NCBI GenBank assembly: GCA_036867785.1
Contig: CP145414.1
Coordinates: 1,116,001-1,180,000 of the forward strand
Origin: Plasmodiophora brassicae
Lineage: Eukaryota
Direction: 5' to 3'
DNA: 64,000 bases
This document shows positions 23,919-37,856 of this stretch, piece by piece. The notes below the pieces were generated by a model. That model was given only the letters and a program-made list of their open reading frames with translations, had not been told where the DNA came from and did not search any database. The translations under genes and the position numbers were made by a program. Positions within the stretch are counted from its first letter, which is position 1. Each line of letters begins with the position of its first letter.

Positions 23919-24629
23919 CATGGAAGTGACGTTTGAGGGCGACCGTATCACGATGAGTCTACCAAACGATCGCACCGTCACGCTGCAGCCGTCCAGTCGT
24001 GGCCGCCATCCTCCCATTGCTGATATCGCGTTCAACGTCGCCTGGCCTCCTTGCTTCATTGCGATCCGCCCGGTGGCGCCCCACGATGGCCTACCACGAT
24101 CGTTCAACCCGGAAGGTCTCCCACCCGGTTCTCGCGCTGTCGAGACCCGATACATCACCCTGGTCGTCGACCGGGACATCGAGGAGTTACGACGGCGGAT
24201 CGAATCGATTTGTCAGCACCTGTCATCTTCGTTTACCTTGATCACCGGGCTGCATCGCATCGTTCAGTTCGACCCGATTAGCGAGCGGGCATCATGCTCT
24301 ATGGAGGTCTTGCCGCATCGGCGACATTCCGCACCTGTTCCTTATACCGGTATGCATCGACGCCGCTCCGTTCTTCATGATCGAATTTGCTGAACCGGTT
24401 GCTTTTAGACGCAACATCGGGCAGGAACTCGCCCTTGATAGACTGGTGGCCACCAAGGCGGTTCTCGGAGCTGTTCACGATGAGTAGGAGCTCACGAGGA
24501 CAGGAGCGCGCAAGCTCACCAGTCCCGAACGTCTACAGCACAGAGCCGGAGCCAAAACCGGTGATGCTAGCGCGACGATCAATGGGGCGTCCAGTCACTC
24601 CTCGCCGAGACGCTTCTGTGGCGTCATAG
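23919..24629 (+). CDS. Hypothetical protein
   Basis: Protein-like ORF segments (MEVTFEGDRITMSL...); no family recognised and boundaries are uncertain. Confidence 0.35.
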
Positions 24630-24689
24630 ACGCTGTGGGACTATGTCACTATATTGAATTGGCAAGATATGAAAGCTGCTGACGGACGT

Positions 24690-25828
24690 TCACGATGTTA
24701 GGGCCTTGCTGGCGTCTCGCAGGCGTTCATAGCGTTCTCGATAAAACTCTACGATGCCTTCTTTCTCGGCTAGGGCTGCCTGGGCGGCCCGTAATGACCC
24801 ATGTGCTGTCTCCAGCTGGGCTCGAAGGCCGGCTGCCTCATCAACGCGGGTTCCGTCCAGGGCGCTGTCGCGCAGAACCTCTTCGACGAGTCGTTCAGCG
24901 CACGCCTCATATGACCTCCAGATCAGCTCGACAATGCGCGCTAGTTGGGCATTGTCATTCCTGATCTCAGCAGTCGCATCGGCCATCAAAGACGCCGCCT
25001 GCCGCAATTCATCAAGGGCCTCCCTGTAACGCGGCCCGATTCCAGCAAACAGTGGCCTGCCGACCCCATGCTCACCGGACGACTTGGGATCTTCGCTGCC
25101 CACCGTTGCTTCCTCTGTGTAGGCCTCCTCATCACCTGATTCATCGACCTTGTGCAAGCGTGTCTCCGGTTGTTGCTGGTTGTCACGATGGACTTTCCGA
25201 CAAAGGGGACTGTCTAGAGCCTCATCAGCAGCCGCCTCCTGAACATCCTGCGTGTGGTCAAGAGCCACTAGCTGAAGCTCGCTGTGCCGAATGCCTTCAA
25301 GTCTCTCGTGAATCGCGCCTCGCGAAGCGGACTCCGCGAAGTAAAAGTCTGTCAGCGTTGGCGTTGACTTGGAAGACGCCAACGTTCTACGCGACGACGA
25401 TGACGATTTCGCCCGTTCTGGCCTGTGGCGTCGCTGTTGGCGCTTGCCGTTCGGCTCGGTCTCCTGGCGCAGGGAAGATACAGCCAGCACCTGATACCTC
25501 GTGGGCTTGCCGATGAATAGGACCGGGTGCGCCATCTGGGTCATGATCACCGGCGTGTTGCTTAGGTACCGTCCCGGCCAGCATGGTGGTGGCGTGCTCG
25601 ACGGCATCGCTGAGCCTTGCACCTTTCGGGGAGCCGCCACGTAGTGGATTCCTGTCGTACTCGATCACCAGATTCCTGGATCCCTCTCACGATCGCGTGC
25701 ACGTCGGCCGCATCGATATCTTGGGGGACGGCAGGACATCGCCTTTCCTGCGTTAAAGTCTCTACGTACCTACACTGGACCGCGAGATCGTTATATCGTT
25801 TGTGTATCCGCCATAAACCCATGGCAAT
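24690..25828 (-). CDS. Hypothetical coiled-coil protein
   Basis: Long ORF with heptad-like C-terminus (LRAQLETAHGSLRAAQAALAEKE). Confidence 0.5.
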
Positions 25829-26269
25829 GTCGACGGTATCATCGCCCAATTGTCGGAGAGAGCCAGGCCCGTCTGTGAAAATAGAAACGCCGACTCGCCC
25901 GACTGCCCGAAGGCGACGAAAAAGGCATCGGCAGCAGTTTAAACTCAGTAGCTGCCGATGGGCCGGACTGCGCGACCTCCGCCAGGCCGCCCACTTGCGC
26001 ACCTGGCCCACAACAGAGCCCGCACCTCGCCTGCCGCTGGCAGGTCCCGGGAAATCTCCCGCAGGCCCGCGAGACGCCGAAATCTCCCAGCGCGATCCCG
26101 CAAACGGTACCCAGGGCGCCGCCGCCCGCCGCCGCACTGCAACTGGCTGACCCCGGCGTGTGCAGTGCAGACCTCCCCCGCACGGCAACTGCTGCCGCTG
26201 GCCCATCGTCGCTCTGTGATCGGCAGGCCCCAAAAAACTCGACGGAAAGCCTTCGAGCATCGCAGCTCA

Positions 26270-26292
26270 GTGTGTGTGTGTGTGTGTGTGTG
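26270..26292. repeat. (TG)n microsatellite
   Basis: About 11 consecutive TG units in a divergent intergenic region. Confidence 0.85.
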
Positions 26293-26468
26293 CCCGGGTT
26301 TTCCCACTCGACGTGCTCGGGGAAAACCGGGCCGCCCGCCGCTCACATTTCTTCAGGGAGCGCCCGCCCGCCAGTCGCCGCGTCGGCCGCGTGCAGATAT
26401 TGTACTGGCTGGGTGGGGCGCGCCGGGTAACACACACGCGCGCGCGATAACGGCCGATGTGCAGCACG

Positions 26469-28638
26469 ATGGCGGAGGTGGGCTCGGCGCTCTCCATTGA
26501 GCAGCGCCTCGACCGGCTGTACGCGCAGCGCCAGCGCCGTGAGTCGCCGCCGTCGGCGTCGCGGTCGCTGCTGGGCATCATGGACGCCGAGCGGGCGGTC
26601 GACGCGCGCGTCGTCGGCAACGGGGCGGGTGCGTCCCGGAATCCGCTGGCGAAGAAGGCGCGGCGTCGTGGACCCAGTGACGAGAAGTCGGCGCGTGTCG
26701 TCGACGAGAACGCGATCGCGCGGCTGAAGGAGGCGAAATCGCAGGAGGTCCACCGGATGATTGACGAGATGGACCATCGCCCCGATCTGCTATCCCCCGT
26801 GCTGCCCGGGCAGACCTGTGCCCGGTCTCGGGCGTTCTCGCCCCGCATGCAGAAGACGTCCCTGGAGGAGGCCAGGCGGATCGCTGAGCAGTCGGGGGCG
26901 ACCGTGGCGCTTCCCGACGACGACGATGACGATTCCAGCGGGCTGGAGGATTCCGATGAGGAAGGCGAGGTGTCCGGCTCGGAACCGATCGCGCCGACGG
27001 TTGGCGCGCCTCCTGGCGGCCCCAGGTGCGCCCCGACGTCACCTCGTACTGAGAAGACGACGCCTGCGAAACCCGGGAAGGGCAACGATGACCACGTTCC
27101 CCGCAAGCATTCGTCAGCCGCTTCGGGCCCTAAATATTACGAAGCCAACGGGACGTCGTCGTCGCTGCGAGGCAGCGGCAATCGGGACCGAGATGAACGG
27201 GACCGGGGTCGCGACAGAGACCACGACCGCAATCGTGATCGTGACAGAGGGTCGAGCCGGGATGATCGGGGATCCGGACGACGCTCAGACCGAGGTCTGC
27301 CCCACTGTTCCTCACCGATGGCCCACCTTGATTGACGCTTTTGTTAGATCGCGACTCGAACCGTGATAGGGATCGTGATCGCGACCGGGACCGAGGACGC
27401 GATCGGGACCATGATCGGGACAGGGACCGCGAACGTGATCGCGAGCGAGAACGGGAACGGGAGAGGGAGCGCGAGCGCGAACGGGAGAGGGAACGTGACA
27501 GAAGGCACGCAACGTCGGATCGTAGACGTTCTCGATCGTCGTCACCTCGTCGGAGTCGACGATCCTCTGAGAGGCGGCGATCGGAACGATCCGACCGGCC
27601 GCCTATTCCGTCGAGGCACCCGCCCGCGTCAAAGGACACGGACAAGCATAGGGAACCCACGAAAGACGACAACCAGAATGGGATACCGGATGCGACGGCG
27701 TCCCAGTTGTCAGCATCAAGGTCTGGGACACCAGTTGCCGCGGCTGGCACGAAGCGAGCTCGTAGCCCGTCACCATCACGACCCTCAGTGCCAAGGTCAT
27801 CGGCACCGGCCGCGTCGAGCAGCGTGAAACGGCCTCGTAGCCCTGCATCGGTTCTACCGTCCTCATCGGCGAGTCCGTCGCTGACAATGGAGAGCCCCAC
27901 CGTTGGCCATGGCAACCAGTCGCAGCTAGTTCAACAGAGCGCCAAGTGGAAGGAGGCTGTGAAGCTGAAGCGTCATGCCGACAAGATGCCCAAGGATGCG
28001 CCCTTATCAGACGGCTGGTGTAAGAAACAGGAGATGTACATGATGGCAGGGCTGAAATTCCTTGAAGCTGCTGAGGTCACATCCAGGCATCTCTGCGTAC
28101 CATCCGGCTTCACTAATTCGTGTCTAACTGTAGACGTTCTCGTGCGTGACCTCGTTTCAGAACACTGCTTCGTACTTCGAGAACATAATCAGTATCTACA
28201 AGTCTGCCGGATGTCGTTACATTGCATCGATTGGGTAACCTCGCTCCGTCTGACGAAGAGCAGGGCTAACTGGGGTGACCGTTTAGGTATGAATGCTGCG
28301 CTGCGGCCCTGTATCGTGCTACCCAGGCCAAGCGGAAAGAGTTCGGCTCTCAGTCCACCCAGCTGATGGCATACGTGAAAGCAGCCCAAGGGAAGACGGC
28401 TGGGTCGTCGGAGCCCCAGTTTCCTCCTCGGATGCTCGAGATGCTGACGTCGTATCTTCGCCATACGAAATGCGCATGGGACTTCATGGACTACTGGGAC
28501 AAGGCGAAAGGATACCGTCCACCTGTCGACATCCGGAAGGAGAATGGTCTTGACGTTCTGGACAGTCTCGACGATCTCGACATGCAAGCCTTCCTGGGGC
28601 ATGTACGACGGGCTCTCAATCGCGGATATCTACAATAG
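26469..28638 (+). CDS. RD/RE/RS-rich nuclear protein with AF4/FMR2 (AFF) C-terminal-homology-like domain
   Basis: Long (RD/RE)n and RS tracts, then EAVKLKRHADKM...MYMMAGLKFLEAAE, which resembles the AFF CHD helical motif. Confidence 0.55.
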
Positions 28639-28759
28639 CTCCACCTATATACCAGATTATTTCCAAGAACGACTGCTGAAGAATAGGCGGCCTGTGAGAA
28701 CAGAGACGCAGCAGTCGCTGGACAGGAGCGGACAACGCGGAGTGTATTTCCGAGCATGA

Positions 28760-31491
28760 TCAGTATGCACGAAGAAGATCGCAGACGCGACTGCATTCGG
28801 TAGCGTGGTCAATCGGCGCGATGGCAACGACTGTCGCACGGAGCTTGGTGTTCTCATTCATGACTTCGTCTGGCGCATCCATTCAGGCGACAATGGGATG
28901 CGGGATCACCAAGGACCACTTACACTTGGCTCTGACCTTGAAGACGTGCTCAGTAAAGTTGGCGGATCGGAACGCAGCCTCGGGGGTGCCAGTATCCCCA
29001 ACTTCGAGACACGAACGAAGGTCCTCGGCGGAACGACCGCCGAGAAGTTGTAAGGCCTCCTACGGAAATGATGGTGGTCAGTTCCCCGGTTAGCGCGCGT
29101 CATCGATATTCCGTTCGTACATCGTGGAAAACGCTCAGCCAGGTAGAGCCAGTCGAATCAGCAACTGCAAAGGAAAATATGTAGCGGGGGTTCGCTGCCG
29201 GGTACTGCTTGTTGCACTTCTCGCAGTAGTACGACCCCGAGCCGTTGTCGGTGACCTAAGTCCCAAGGCAAAGTCAACACCACACGCCATAATTCGTCAA
29301 CACATCCGATAGCGCTGGCCTTCTTCTTGCAGTCGGGCGTTGGGCAGGCCAGGTACCATGGTGGTCGCTCGGTATTGAATGTTAGCGTCGTAATCGCAGC
29401 ATGCAGCAGGAAGAATGCTGGTTCCGGGGTGTTTGGCAATTCGGCAATTTGCCCACAGGTCTTCAACCCCATGAGACGAGCGAACATTTAGAAACGAAAC
29501 GCACGCTACCTTATACTCGAGGCCGGCCATGCTGCCCGAACCGCCGCGTTTGCTTACGGAGACGGCCGAGTGGGCGCCGCCGCTGGATGTAAACCACTGT
29601 TGCAACTGGTGCGCCTCCTGGAAACGAATGAGATCCGTGTATGCGAAAGCGCAACTTGCGGTTTCTACAGGTATGTCAGGACGAATGGTTAAAGTGGAGG
29701 AGCCCACGGTGCCAAGGGACCGCCCGCCGAAATCTGATACTTTGCATCCTTTGATGGCGACAATAGGGTTTCCTCCTAAAACGAGATCCGGTCATCGAAA
29801 ACAGGGGGGAGCAAGTTGTGCCACAGATACCAAGAACAGTTTCATCATTTGTAGTAGCCGCATTGCCCCAAAGCGTCAGCTCAACGGAGGCATTGGAAGT
29901 GTCGACAAGGGTGACGCTCCTCTTGGTCATCTCACGCTGTGTCGTCTTGGACACAATTGTGCTAGTGCACCACGTTAGCAAAGGGTGTAGGCTGCTCCAT
30001 GAAATAACTTACGATGCTGGCTGGACATCCGTAACGACACCGATGATGTCGACGAACGAATTTGCCGGATAGCTTTCCAGAGAGCTGATTGGCACAAACT
30101 CGTAGTGCATTTGAGAAATCGAGCCGTCCTAAAGGGAATCGTTATGCGCGAGAGCTACAGCATAGGCATGGCCTGCAAACCTCGTCCGGGGCCTGTTCGA
30201 TCTGGGATTCGCGACCGAGAGTGACCTCATACTCATGCTTGAGGTGCGTGAAGGATCGATTCGCAGGCTTCACTTGGCCGTGGGAGATCAGGTAGACATT
30301 TCCGACTTGAATCAGGTCGAAGAATCGGTCGGCGTCCTGCTTGAAGGCCGTGACCCGGATTTCCCCGCCACCAGCATCGAGCACGTCGAAACTGAACAGC
30401 TTGCCTTCGCCTGATACGTCGGGTAAACGAATCACTTCCAGGGTGCCGTTACACGTCAGGCTGGCGCAGACCTTTTGCATTGGACCACGTCCTCATCTCG
30501 CTCTTGGATGTAACTCGAGCTTTAATCTGCCACCTGTCCCCACATCTAAGGTCAAACGCCAAGCGACTGCGGCACCCCAGTGGCCGACCTGCTAATGTAC
30601 GGATTCAGTTCGCGGATACTGACCAAAGAAGAGCTCCGCGTAGGCGTAACCGGCAGGTTTGACGCTTTATGAGCTGACGCGTAGCCCTGGTACCCAGTAG
30701 AGGAAGGCGCATTGTAGCCAGGCGCGTTAGCGGACGCATACGACCCTGGCTGATTCCCACCATACGCGGACGCGTACGATTGCTGTGGGGCGGCTCCATA
30801 CGCAGCATATCCAGGGGCACCGGGCGCTCCGGAAGCGTACGATGAGCCGACGTAGGACGACGGTTTAACATCGCCTGGATACTGAGCGCCACCATACCCC
30901 GATGACGACCCATACCCGGACGCTGGCGCTCCATACGAAGGCTGCATCCCGAACGTTGACTTGCACGAGGCGTTAGTTCCAGATTCGGATTGCATCGCAA
31001 CGAGTAAACGTACTGGTGCACTGCCGGCAGAGCCGAGTTCAACAGGATTGCCAATTCGGGTACGTGGTCCGGATGGCGGCAGGACCGCAATGTCCAGCAG
31101 TGTAAGACAGGGCACCGACTTGCCGTTGACATCCAGAGTGAGGCACGTTGACTTCTTCACCTGCAGCCGACGTCAGGATAACGGATGGAGCATGGGGGCC
31201 AGCACCGAGCGCGACCATGATGATGTCATTCATCTGCAGGTTGACCTGGTTCGCGATCTGCGTCGCGACAATGCCCCTCATGTGCTGCTCGCCGTCGCTA
31301 ACGGAGACGGCGACCTTCGCCTGCGGATTCATCCGCACCTCCAGAACCTACCGCCCCCAGCGTTATACGGGTCGACACGACGCGGCGACATTGGACCCCC
31401 CGCCCACCTGCAGGACCGCATCCGGATACGGACGGTTCTGCGACAAGGCTGCAACCGCGCCCTGCGATAGCCGATGCTGTTGCTGCGCCAT
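28760..31491 (-). CDS. RPA1: Replication protein A 70 kDa subunit (multi-exon)
   Basis: LSQGAV N-terminal OB fold; GEGKLFSFDVLDAGGGEIRVTAF; VELTLWG; WYLACPTPDCKKK zinc motif; FKVRAK C-terminal OB fold. Confidence 0.92.
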
Positions 31492-31809
31492 CCCGCGGCC
31501 GCCCGACTCAACAAAATGGACGCCACCGACGGCGGACCTCTCTTCGCACTCCAGTCGCGGCCTGTATTGACACCACGCGTCAGTTGCCACGACGTGCAGC
31601 TGCCGCGCACTACGTTGTAGACTGCAGTGCCCCCCGTTGCGCGAGTCGTTTCCCAGCGACACGCCGGACGTTCCTGCGCCACTGGGGAACTGCAGCCGGT
31701 GACTGGAAGAGCGACGGACGAAGGACCGGTCCGGTGACGATAAAACCGGTGTGGGGTACCAGTGCGGATCGCAGCGGCGCCGGGGCGCTCCGTGGCACAG
31801 GCGACGGTG

Positions 31810-33269
31810 ATGGTGATGCGACGAGGGGTGCGGCGCTGGCTGGCGACGTCGCCGGCGCCGCCGTCCGAGGAGGAGCAGATAACGAGGATGGTCAGGAAGA
31901 TGCATGAGACGTATACGAGTACGCCGGATGCGGTGTCGTCGCCGGCGACGAACGCCGATGCGACGACCCGCCTGATGGACAGGCAGTTCGACCACAGGAC
32001 AATAGGGCATTGCCAGCAGCTGTTCATGATGGATGAGTGCGCGCCCGGGCAGGCGTTCATCCTGCCGCACGGCGCGCGCGTCATCAACCGCCTCATGGCG
32101 TGGATGCGCGAGCTGAACGCCCGCCAGGGCATCGACGAGGTCATCTCGCCGATCGTGTTTGACCGTGGCCTGTGGGTCCAGTCTGGGCACGCGCAGCACT
32201 ACGAAGACCAAATGTACGAAGTGTCCACCCGATCGTCGGCGTCCATCTGGGGACTGAAACCAATGAATTGCCCTGTACGTTCGCCTCCCCCTCCCACACA
32301 CCCTTGCACGGAACGTTTCACATTCGGCGCGCTCACACCAAACGTGGATAGGCGCATTGCAAGATGTTCGGCAACGTGACGAACCGGTCGTACCGGGACC
32401 TGCCTGTCCGCTATGCTGATTTCTCACCTCTGCATCGCGACGAGGCCAGCGGCGCCCTGACGGGTCTGACCCGCTTGCGGTCGTTCCACCAGGACGACGC
32501 GCACGTCTACTGTGCCAGCGATCAGGTTCGCGCTGAGATCGGCACGTTCCTGTCGACGGTCGACCACGTGTACACAACGTTGGGTTTCCATGACTACGAG
32601 CTTGCGTTGTCGACGAGGCCGAAGACTGGGTCGATCGGGGCGGATGACACGTGGGCCCACGCCGAAGACGCGCTTCGTGCGTCGCTGGCGGAACGACACG
32701 ATAATTTCTCGGTGAACGAAGGCGACGGTGCGTTCTATGGGCCCAAGATCGACTGTAGCGTCAAGGACGCGCAGGGCCGGTCCTGGCAGTGCGGCACGAT
32801 CCAGCTGGACCTGCAACTCCCCAAGCGATTCGACCTCGGCTTCACTGACGACGCCGGCCATCGACGCGTGCCGATCCTGTTGCACCGCGCCGTTCTCGGC
32901 TCGTTCGAGCGCATGATGGCAATCCTCGTCGAACACTACCAGGGCCGTTGGCCGCTGTGGCTGAGCCCGCGCCAGGTCCTGATCATATCGGTGACCAATC
33001 ACCACGCGAAGTTCGCCGTCGACCTGGAGGCCAAGTTCCGTCGCGCCGGCATCTTCGCCGACGCCGACGTCAACGATGAGACCGTGAACAAACGCATCCG
33101 GAAGGCGGTCGTCCTCCAGTACAACTACATTGTCGTCGTGGGCGATTACGAGATGCAGTCGGGCCAGATCAATGTTCGTGACGGGCGCGACTCACGCGCT
33201 GTGTCCGATCCGGTCATGGTGGACACGTTCATCGAGGAACTCCAGGGCATGATCAACGCGAAGGCATGA
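31810..33269 (+). CDS. Threonyl-tRNA synthetase, probably mitochondrial, lacking N-terminal TGS/editing domains
   Basis: DHRTIG, LKPMNCP, RSYRDLPVRYADF, LTRLRSFHQDDAH, GAFYGPKID, QCGTIQLD, HRAVLGSFER and WLSPRQV; MRRGVRRWLAT presequence. Confidence 0.92.
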
Positions 33270-33370
33270 CCGCCGTCGCAATACAGTACGCGGGGGCATT
33301 CCTCGTGAAACAGAGATTCTCAGCTGCGGGCGCGTACGCTCTGGGTACCAGTGCAAATCTGCCCACAGGC

Positions 33371-36300
33371 ATGGCGACGATCGGCAACGCAGACGACGGC
33401 GATGACCCGCCGTTCACGCCCCAGGTGCCGTACTGGATTCGTCAACCCATCCCGGTTCTGCCGTTCAGCACCGACCCGGTCGTGTGGGAGACCCCGACGC
33501 TGTCGACGCCACGTCGGGCACCGCTCGTCGGTTCAGGACCGCGTCTCGCCGTCCTGGATGCATCGCTAGGCATGGTGGATTGCAACCATTCAGGAGAGAC
33601 CGCGTCGAGCTTGCTGGACAACTGGCTGACGAATTACGCCGACGAGTGCGGGTCGTACCACTCGGTGACGCTGTTCTGCACCCTGAAGGTTGACCGATCG
33701 CGCGCGCCTTGTCGTGGGTGCCACTGACACGATCGTGGTACACGCGAAGTTCAGGGAGATCATGACGATGACCGAACCCACAGGAGCGTTGCACCCCGTC
33801 CGGGCCGCCATCTGCCTCGACCTGATGTCCCGGTTGTTCCAGTCGGTCCGCCCTCGTCGGCTTCGGCACACGTTGCACTTCCTGCGCAACGAGATGATCC
33901 TGTCGCTGTACGCCGGCGAGATCCCGACCCTGGTACCGGACCTGGACGTTCTGATCCGCCTCGAAGCGCACTTCGCCATGTACCCAGACGTTGTGTCCCA
34001 GTACCTGTCGGTGTCGGCTCAGAACGCCGGTGTAGGTCCTCCCATCTCTGCAACGCCGTCCGACGAGCCTGACCGGTGTGTGGACAGACGCAGGTCCGGC
34101 CGGACGAGATACGAATGTTCGAGTCGAGGAAGTCGTTCATCATCAACTACCAGACGGACCAGTACGTCCGGCGGACGCTCAAGGTCGTCTTTACGTCTTG
34201 GCGCAGACAGGTCGGCGCTCGTCGCGCGCGGATCGCCAAGCTGAGGCCGCTGGTCGAATCCCGGTCGCGTTCGTACGCCGCGATCCGTTCCCAGAGCATG
34301 GGCTCACGCGCCTGGTCCGTCTGGAGGACGTTGTACCTCGAGAAACACATCGTACCTGTGTAGGTATGGGCAGACGGGGACGAATGCTGACCCTCGGTTT
34401 GCAGGCGCGCGTCACGGCCGACGTGGAGGCGATCGAATCGGTCAGCGAGGTCACGTCGCGTGACCTCAACGATGCCGTTGCACGGCTGCAGGAGATCCGG
34501 ATCATCATCGGCTCGGTGCAGGCCGAGATCAGCCAGGTCGGCCTCGTTGCGCTCCGATGGGGGACGCCGCGCCCGCCGTTCTGACGGCCATCGCAGTTGC
34601 TATCGCACAACAAGGCCAGGCGGCTCGTGCAGGCCAAGATGGCCACCGTTGTCAAAACGCTCGGCTCCAAGTTCCTGTTCCAGGCGAAACTGGTCCTGTT
34701 GGAAACGTACGCCGGAACGATGCGGTGCTGACCCGCTGGTGGTCGTCTGTGTAGATTGCTGAGCTGAAAGGAGCGCTGCCCATTACCATCGGGACGCACG
34801 CCAGTCAGCAACTGGCACTGCTGGCGTCGTCGTCGACGCTGTCCATGGGGATATACCCGGGACCGGATCCGTCGCCGACCGCCTTGTATGAGGCCCGATA
34901 CGAGAAGCAGGTCGCCGCACTGCTTCCGAAGAAGGACACGCCTCCAAACCTGGGCCGCATCCAGAGCAGGCAGGCGTATGCTAAGAGTTAGACTCACGTG
35001 GAGCCTTTCGTCAGCTGAACGTTCGGCAGGATATTCGCGCGGGTCACGAAGCGAGACGCGATGTCGACCCGGGCGCTGCTGACGGCGCCGCCCGTCGTGT
35101 TCAAAGCGTACCTGCTGGCGTTGCTGCGCTCATCGAGCGACGACGTCGACAGGTAGGCTCGCGATCCGCATCATGGACAGGAATATGAAGTCGTGCGATG
35201 CGCCTCTGACAGGGCATCACCGCCCGACCCGGGGACGAATCCGACGCTGGACAGCATCCGTCACGTGCCCGTCGTGTCATCGTTCGAGAGCGTAGGAGCC
35301 AGGGCCCCGCATAGGCGCAGGGCACGCTCGCTAATCTGGTCTGGGTTGCAGAGCCTGGCCTGGGCGTGCTCCCTGCAATCCGACCTGAGCTCGTCAGCGG
35401 CGAACATCCTCACAGACATCACGGCGGGCCTGCAGGAGATTCGCTCCGCCGTCCACCGGGTAATTGCACGGCCGGCCCGCGCGTCGACGATGCTGACCCG
35501 ACCCGGGGCACAGGAGTGGTGCACTCACCTGGAAGCGTCGCGAAACGATAACGCCGCGCTGGTAGACGCCAGCGGGACCCTGCTGGGCAGGAACGACGAA
35601 CAGGCAAATGCGGAGGCGAACAGCTCGGTGGCGGGCAACGCGCGAGCACCTAAAGACGCCGACGTCGACGTACGTGACGCAGCAGGCTGGCGCCGGCCCT
35701 AACCCTGACGTTGTCCCCCAGTCGAGGTTCAGGCACCTGATCGGAGGCGACGCGGCGCTGGTGCTCGGCGACGATGGCCCGGCGGGCGGCAACCCGGTGC
35801 TGAACTTGCTGGCGGCCTACCGCCCCGGATTGCAGCGTGCCTTCACGTTATTCGCTAGCGCCAGCGTCGAAGGTTCGCCAGCCGGGCGCGGTTCGTTGCG
35901 CGCTCAGCCGGGCTGAGTCGGATCCGGCAGGGGCCCCGAACCGGATGAGCTCCCAGGAGCTATGGAAGTTCTTCCGCGATTGCAAACTCTCGGCCAACGT
36001 CATCAGCGCGCTGCCGTTCGAGGTCGCTGAGGTCTACGTCGACGTGGCGCGACGACTGGAGTCGATCGACGCGCCCGTCGTGAAGCCGGTCGCACCCAGC
36101 GGCAGGTCACGAAACAGCGACGTAGGCGTGCCAGGCGAATCGGGCATCGGGGCCCTTGCCTAACACCGCATGGCGTGCTCAGCAGGACTACCTGAACAGC
36201 GAGATCGATTACAGTCAGTTCGAAGGTGCAACCGCCGGTGCGCCTGCATCGAGCTTGTGGACGCCTGATGCAGTTGTGGTTTCATAGCGCTGCTGGTGCG

Positions 36301-36998
36301 ATTGCTGGCGAGGACGACGGCGGCGACGGGGCAGCGAACGCTGTGCCAGAACCTCACCGCGCTGATGGACGCCATCGAGGCGCGCCTGCGTTCCGCCCAG
36401 CAGATGAACGACTTCCTGCTGCAGGTCGGACGGGAGGCCTAGACCGGAATGAATCCCCCGTTGTCATCCACTGACATATTACCGGTCAGGTCGCCAGCCG
36501 CCCCGTTCGGGCCGTGTTCTACACGCACAGACACTTCCTGAACAACGTCTTCTCGTTCTACGCGAAACAGTCGGGGCGCGCGGCCGGGTCCATGTCGCGA
36601 ATGGACTTCGAGGAGCTCAAACTGGTATGCCCATCTGGTCGCGAACGATAGGCGCCACTGGGTCAAGCTGTCTTTACGCAGCTCTGGAACCAGTTCAAGC
36701 TGATGGAGTTGGGCATCACGACGTCCGACCTGGCAAACATCTTCTGCCAGGCACGTTAGCACACGTGTGCTGCTGTTTCCTGCTCGTGACCATCAAACAG
36801 GTTGGCGTCGACGTTGTCAACGGCGGGCCGGATTCAGCAAAGATGAACGCGAAGGAGCTGGTGTACCCCGATTTCTGCCAGGCGATCGCGGCCCTTGCCT
36901 GCTTCTACCCTCCGGTTCGCAGCCCCTTCGTCCCGCTCGACGAGAAGATCGCCGCGTTCATCACCAAGTACCTGAAACCGATGCACCGTAGCAAATAA
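33371..36998 (+). CDS. Large multi-exon hypothetical protein (coiled coil plus degenerate EF-hand/p25-like C-terminus); may be two genes
   Basis: Successive spliced ORFs with LQRAFTLFA, MSSQELWKFFRDCKL and ELVYPDFCQAIAALA. Confidence 0.45.
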
Positions 36999-37030
36999 CG
37001 CCCGTTTAGAACACGCCCTGTATCGGCGAA

Positions 37031-37543
37031 TTATTCGCGTTTGGCATCGGCGTCGATGTAGGCGGTGTACTTCTGCCGGGATCCCTTGCACTTGTCGACC
37101 GGGTACTTGGCCGCGTTCTTGGCCAGCTTGCGAAGGGCCGCCTCAGGCAGGTCGACCGCACATCGGTCGGCCAGACGCACCAGGTACAGCAGGACGTCGG
37201 CGAGCTCCTCGCCCAGGTGCTCGCGCTCCCCCTCTGTGAAATCTGCAGGCAGCGCTCATCAGCGTTCCCGTCGGCATCGACATCATCGGGCATCACAGCA
37301 CAGACCAGGCACGCCTGGCTCACAGCGCTCCCGCCACTGGAAGATCTCGGACAGCTCACCGACCTCAGCAACCTGCCGAGTTGACCGTCAGCCAACTCCC
37401 CTCCAGACAGTCTTCTTGCCAGTGCCTACCATAGCCAGCAAAACGTTCCGGGGCGTGTGGTACTGGTCCCAGTCACGTTCGCGCGCGAACGCCGCCATTC
37501 GCGAGCGCACGTCCTCCAGCGACACCTGCGCCGACCAGGGCAT
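37031..37543 (-). CDS. DCTPP1: dCTP pyrophosphatase 1 (MazG-like)
   Basis: FARERDWDQYHTPRNVLLAM, EVGELSEIFQW, LGEELADVLLYLVRLAD, KNAAKYP. Confidence 0.92.
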
Positions 37544-37617
37544 CGCGCGCCAGAAACAGTGCGGATGTTCCTGCGGCAGGGCAGCACCTGCGCCTTGCGC
37601 AGAACGGCGCAGTCAGC

Positions 37618-37856
37618 GATGGTCGTGCAGTACTTCGTCGAATTCGATCGCCCACGTCCCCTTCAGAAGCAAATAGTTCAGTGCCAGAATGCAGACAGAA
37701 GAAGCTCGACCCAGATGCGACAATGCCGACAAGCGGACTGCTTTCATCACAAGACGACGAGCGCGAGCAGAGGGAACAATTCCTGTCCGTTCAGCGTGAA
37801 CAGGAACTCCCCAACGCGTGCCGAGGTCCGGCCGAATATCACGTGCCAATCCTGGC
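37618..37856. repeat. Degenerate direct repeat, copy 1 (partner 40313-40532)
   Basis: Shares e.g. ACAAGACGA.GAGCGCGAGCAGAGG.AACAATTCCTG.CCGTTCAGCGTGAACAGGAACT.CCCAACGCGTGCCGA with copy 2. Confidence 0.85.

Noticed and set aside
27350-27500. Purine-rich tandem-like repeats
   Set aside because: They encode RD/RE dipeptides within a CDS; not a CRISPR array or satellite.
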